A stretch of DNA of 63,222 nt, from the NCBI GenBank assembly GCA_025057955.1, contig JANXER010000005.1, positions 1-63,222 on the forward strand. The letters are read 5' to 3'. The notes beneath the pieces are model-generated. The model saw only the letters and a list, made by a program, of their open reading frames with translations, did not search any database and was not told the origin of the DNA. Position 1 is the first letter of the stretch. Each line of letters starts with the position of its first letter. Shown piece by piece: positions 62,346 through 63,222 of the stretch. Made by a program: the position numbers and the translations under genes. Source of the DNA: Candidatus Methanomethylicaceae archaeon. Lineage in GTDB: Archaea > Thermoproteota > Methanomethylicia > Methanomethylicales > Methanomethylicaceae.

Positions 62346-63109
62346 ACAAGGGCTTTTCTCTTTCAATATCAGCTCTAATAATGATGCTTATTCTCATTTC
62401 ATTTGCTGTATCAATTCAATCCATGGACAATGATATATTCATTATAAACTTAAATGATTCACGAATGAAAATTCAAAGATCTCTAATAGCGGAATTACTA
62501 CTGGCTGAAATGAAAGGTATTAGAGATCATTTACAGAATGTTTCAGGATTATTTATTAATATAACTAAAGCTCATTTACCTCCTCCATCAGGAATAATAA
62601 CAAAGATTGTTAATGGAACTGGAGGAAATCCATATAAAGTCACTGTGATGGCCTCAGAAGGAGCGATTATAGTTATTACAGATAGCCAATATATAGTCAA
62701 AGCCATTGAAGTTATTCCATTCGGAAGAGGTTTCATTGATTTAATGCTTCCATCCGAAATAATTTCATCTGGCTGTCTTTTAATATATGATTCACTGCCA
62801 ATTTATACTTATTTAGGAAACATCAGCCCCTCTTTAAATTATACAGTAATAAGACATCCCCCCTCCATTATTTCAACATCATGGTCTCCTCCTCAAGGAT
62901 TTAATCAAATTTTATTGCATGGGGCCCCTCCTCTCTCACTAATAGAGCTCGCTGTAAATTTGCAAAGAGTATATGCAGTCATGGATCTAACATCAACTTT
63001 AATAGCCATAAGTGGGCCATTCGGAAGTGGAAGCATTCATGTAAGAATTCCCATGAGTTGGTATTATGGCGATATAAAGAGTGGTGATGTTTATTTATAC
63101 TATCCATAA
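62342..63109 (+). CDS. Pilin-like protein with a class III signal peptide
   Basis: MNKG|FSLSISALIMMLILIS. Confidence 0.6.
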   Translation: MNKGFSLSISALIMMLILISFAVSIQSMDNDIFIINLNDSRMKIQRSLIAELLLAEMKGIRDHLQNVSGLFINITKAHLPPPSGIITKIVNGTGGNPYKVTVMASEGAIIVITDSQYIVKAIEVIPFGRGFIDLMLPSEIISSGCLLIYDSLPIYTYLGNISPSLNYTVIRHPPSIISTSWSPPQGFNQILLHGAPPLSLIELAVNLQRVYAVMDLTSTLIAISGPFGSGSIHVRIPMSWYYGDIKSGDVYLYYP

Positions 63110-63222
63110 TAAAATCACAATAATTACAATAGTTCTAATGATTTTCTCTCCTATATCGCTTGCCTCTAATAATTTTACCATAATTTATTTGAGCGATGTT
63201 AAGCTCGATTTGAGCGGAGGAA
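63087..63222 (+). CDS. Probable secreted protein, 3' partial
   Basis: ATG overlapping the previous gene; MFIYTIHNKITIITIVLMIFSPISLA signal-like sequence; open to the window end. Confidence 0.5.
   Translation, partial: MFIYTIHNKITIITIVLMIFSPISLASNNFTIIYLSDVKLDLSGG

Overview
A low-GC archaeal chromosome segment. The combination of a TACK-type S-layer pair, SepRS, class I LysRS, HypCD, aCPSF1 and BHB tRNA introns suggests a Methanomethylicia/Verstraetearchaeota-like lineage; this is inference. Most of 1-29.5 kb is housekeeping: cofactor synthesis, tRNA/RNA processing, proteasome and lipid backbone. There are five tRNA genes: Thr-CGT, Lys-CTT (non-canonical 30/31 intron), Glu-TTC, Leu-GAG and Ala-GGC (canonical intron), and accessory genes tend to sit at their 3' ends. 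The best candidate for an undescribed system is a tightly coupled five-gene operon at 36.3-39.1 kb: unknown protein, glutaredoxin-like protein, an unannotated 48-aa Cys/His-rich protein, a GNAT acetyltransferase and a CysRS homologue that appears to lack the anticodon-binding domain. It lies in a genome that already encodes SepRS, and the combination resembles mycothiol MshC/MshD/mycoredoxin. Other points of note: a membrane-anchored wHTH/beta-propeller divergon with a perfect palindromic operator; a NikR-linked ZnuABC-type transporter; a 95-bp exact duplication of the 5' end of a P-type ATPase gene; a probable ATA start codon; frameshifted pseudogenes; and an adhesin plus pilin-like cluster interrupted by a VapBC-containing insert. 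No CRISPR array, rRNA, integrase or transposase was recognised. All calls come from motif recognition only; no searches were run.
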